A stretch of DNA of 63,177 bases, filler included, from Sphacelaria rigidula (Eukaryota), in assembly GCA_964200075.2 (NCBI GenBank). It is 6 parts of 6 records of this genome, joined end to end, with 100 filler letters (N's around TTAATTAATTAA, not from the genome) between each part and the next. Parts side by side here need not be neighbours in the genome. Positions count along the whole stretch, not along the records: positions 52,733 to 63,177 come from CAXNAA020006478.1; 5 more parts are not named here. The stretch is one strand, 5' to 3'. How positions within the stretch are numbered: position 1 is the first letter of the stretch; the number at the start of each line of letters is the position of its first letter. Shown here in pieces: positions 60,924-63,177 of this stretch. A program made the translations under genes and the position numbers. A model generated the notes under the pieces. That model saw nothing but the letters and a program-made list of their open reading frames with translations, made no database searches and had not been told where the DNA came from.

Positions 60924-61427
60924 CTGTGATGAGGAACGGGGCGTTCACAGAGCGATAGCAGGCATTTGAGTTAGAGTCGTGCGGCGATGGAATAGCGCGG
61001 TAACGGGGAATTCTTTTTCGTCGGTTCTCGCCCCCTTGCCAAACAATAATGTCGACACAATCGACGATCCCCAATACTAGTGCATGAGCATCGCTGCACT
61101 GATTTGAACATCCCAGCTGGAAAATTGATGGATAGGTTGAGTCAATGATTCAAGAGAGGAAACCGCCCCGGTAACCGATTCAAGCTGCCGAGTTTCATCA
61201 TACGCCATCTCGCCTGGCGGTCAGTCGACTGATGAAGAGCTCGTCTGTGCGGCAATCATCGTCGGTGATGGGTGGATGCCCTCACGCCAACACTACTGCG
61301 GCATACCTCTTTCAATGTTCATGTATATTTACTGAACTTTCTGATCCTAGCTGGACACAAATACATCCAGGAAGCTTCCCCTTGAAAATATGGTTCGAAA
61401 CATATACCGTACGCGAACAGCAAGCAC

Positions 61428-61555
61428 CTGTATGCTGCTCGGGTTCGGATTGGTCACCGGCGTGACCCCCTTCGCCAGCAGCTTCTCCTTCAGCTTCGCG
61501 ATGGTACGGTCTCTCGATTGGGATCTTGAGCGGAGAATAGCTACCACTTGGTGAT
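61428..61555 (-). CDS. Upstream exon, probably the same gene
   Basis: tccag|HQVVAILRSRSQSRDRTIAKLKEKLLAKGVTPVTNPNPSSIQ|gtgctt. Phase 0 to 60923. Confidence 0.55.
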
Positions 61556-62619
61556 CTGGATTTGTCGTGTCACAAATAGCGGGAATGTATACCCTGTCAT
61601 TATAATTATGCTTATTATTTCGTATCAGTGTGTTCTGCGATATGATCTATTCCGAAATCGGCGGATACGGGAGTGCAACTATCAGCGGTGTATGTGCCAG
61701 TAGCAGCATCATACACCAAAGCGGGCAGCACGATGGGAAAGAAAACCGCTTAACCCCGATTTTGTTCGGGGTTAACCTGCGAGGGAGGAATGTCAAAATA
61801 GGGCTGTCAAGTGCAGCAATATTGTCCAATATAAAGATGAATGTAGAGATACGCTTCAGCCGTGCATTTTTCGCTGTTGCATGACAACCAACAGCCTGCG
61901 TCGACATTCACCGGTGATGCTGTGTTCGAATAGCGTGGGACACCATGTAGTGGCCGTCTGATACACTCGAGGATGGAAGCCGTCTGACAACCGCTTCCCG
62001 TTTAGTGCTAATGCACCGCGTTTAACGCGCGCTGAGCAAGCAACAACATCACAGAAATCGCCGCCTGAGGATCTGAAGATCCACGGACTGTCCGCTCTAG
62101 TTCATCGCAAGAGACACAATATCAACGCGAACGCCACGCCGTTTTCCTATACCCACCCATGACCCCCAATATCGAAAACGGACAACTCAGATGTTGTGTA
62201 ACTGAGGACAAGTACGTGGGCTAGATCTTTAATATTATATATATATATGTCACTCCAGCAACATACTTTTTTCGGTGGCTCTCTTGGTTCTCCTGAGCCT
62301 GCCTTTCAGGTCCGCCAACTTCTTCCTGCACGGATAGCACGACACCAGGTGCATCGTGGTTGCGGTAAGTTACGCCCGCCATTCATGTTTCGAAGTTCTC
62401 GTTATTACGCACAGTTGTTTCTTGACTATACAGAGATGATGAAAATAGCATGTACAGGATAAAGTAGCTCGGTTGTGGTGGTAGGGAGGAGGGGGGCGGG
62501 GGGGGCGGCATGTGATGTCCATGATCGAAGAGCGTGGCGGCGTGGGCTTGAGCTCGTTCGTACATTGACGTAGCAGATGATAGTTGATTCTTGCAGACGA
62601 GAATGGCGATATCTTTCCC

Positions 62620-63177
62620 GTGAAGGGGATAGGGGTGAAAACATATCTGCGTAGCCCCATGGACGCGGCGGAAAATTGAAACTTCGATTTCGGGTTGGGG
62701 ATCGGGACCTGCCAGAAAGAAGAAAGAGGTTCACCAGTAGTCGAGAGGAGGAGGAAGTAGATGCACAGGTTTGCCCCTGTGGCGAAGCAAAAGAGAGCAG
62801 AGCTCATATTGTAGCAGGAGAATGTGAACTATACAAGGAGGGACGAGACATGCTAGAGGGGGAAATGCAGAACGTGAACGAAGATGGCATGAAATCGTTT
62901 GATGCATTGGACAGTAGCAAAAAACGATGGCTAGGAGATAGATGGTGGCCAGAGGCGGCAAAACAGGACGGGGATAAGGCATGTAAAATGTTTTTTGTGT
63001 TATGTATGGAAGAAACGTAATGAGCACCGGGATGTCGGAGGTGTCTCTATTGAGAGCAGGGACGATGCCCCGTCTCGAAAGGGATGCGTGGTCAATGATC
63101 AAAACGACTCAGGCAAGCAACAAATGAGTACACCCCCCCAACCCCCCCTCCCCCCCCCCCCCCCCCCCCCCGCCCAC
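62620..63177 (+). mobile_element. 5'-truncated non-LTR retrotransposon (LINE): ORF2 C-terminus, short 3' end and poly(C) tract
   Basis: KLRFRVGDRDLPERRKR...CPCGEAKESRAHIVAGEC is a CCHC-type zinc motif typical of the LINE ORF2 C-terminus. Frameshifted. The terminal AACAAATGAGTAC recurs at 13416-13454. Confidence 0.75.

Overview
Eukaryotic, repeat-rich genomic DNA, most likely from a brown alga (Phaeophyceae). That assignment is inferred from the short exons with long introns and from the style of the ankyrin family and repeats. The window is not contiguous: it is six contigs sorted by length (10448, 10448, 10446, 10445, 10445, 10445 bp) joined by identical 100-bp spacers (44 N + TTAATTAATTAA + 44 N), so no linkage can be inferred across spacers. 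Genes supported by the sequence: an intronless ankyrin-repeat gene (+); the last three exons of RNA polymerase III subunit RPC6/POLR3F (-); four exons of the NatB catalytic subunit NAA20 (-); a large multi-exon coiled-coil gene with internal repeats (-); and a few weak orphan exons. The rest is mostly mobile DNA: two decayed Ty3/Gypsy remnants, a LINE 3' end abutting a poly(C) tract, and many MITEs (hAT-type with 8-bp TSDs, Tc1/mariner-like with TA, piggyBac-like and Kolobok-like with TTAA, and long foldbacks). The best leads are a decayed ORF matching the C-terminal motif and Cys8 finger of AcademX-type transposon proteins, a possible split SOCS/F-box-like C-terminus on the ankyrin protein, four unrelated arrays all phased at 41-43 bp, and the LINE/poly(C) association. 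No CRISPR array, rRNA or convincing tRNA was found.
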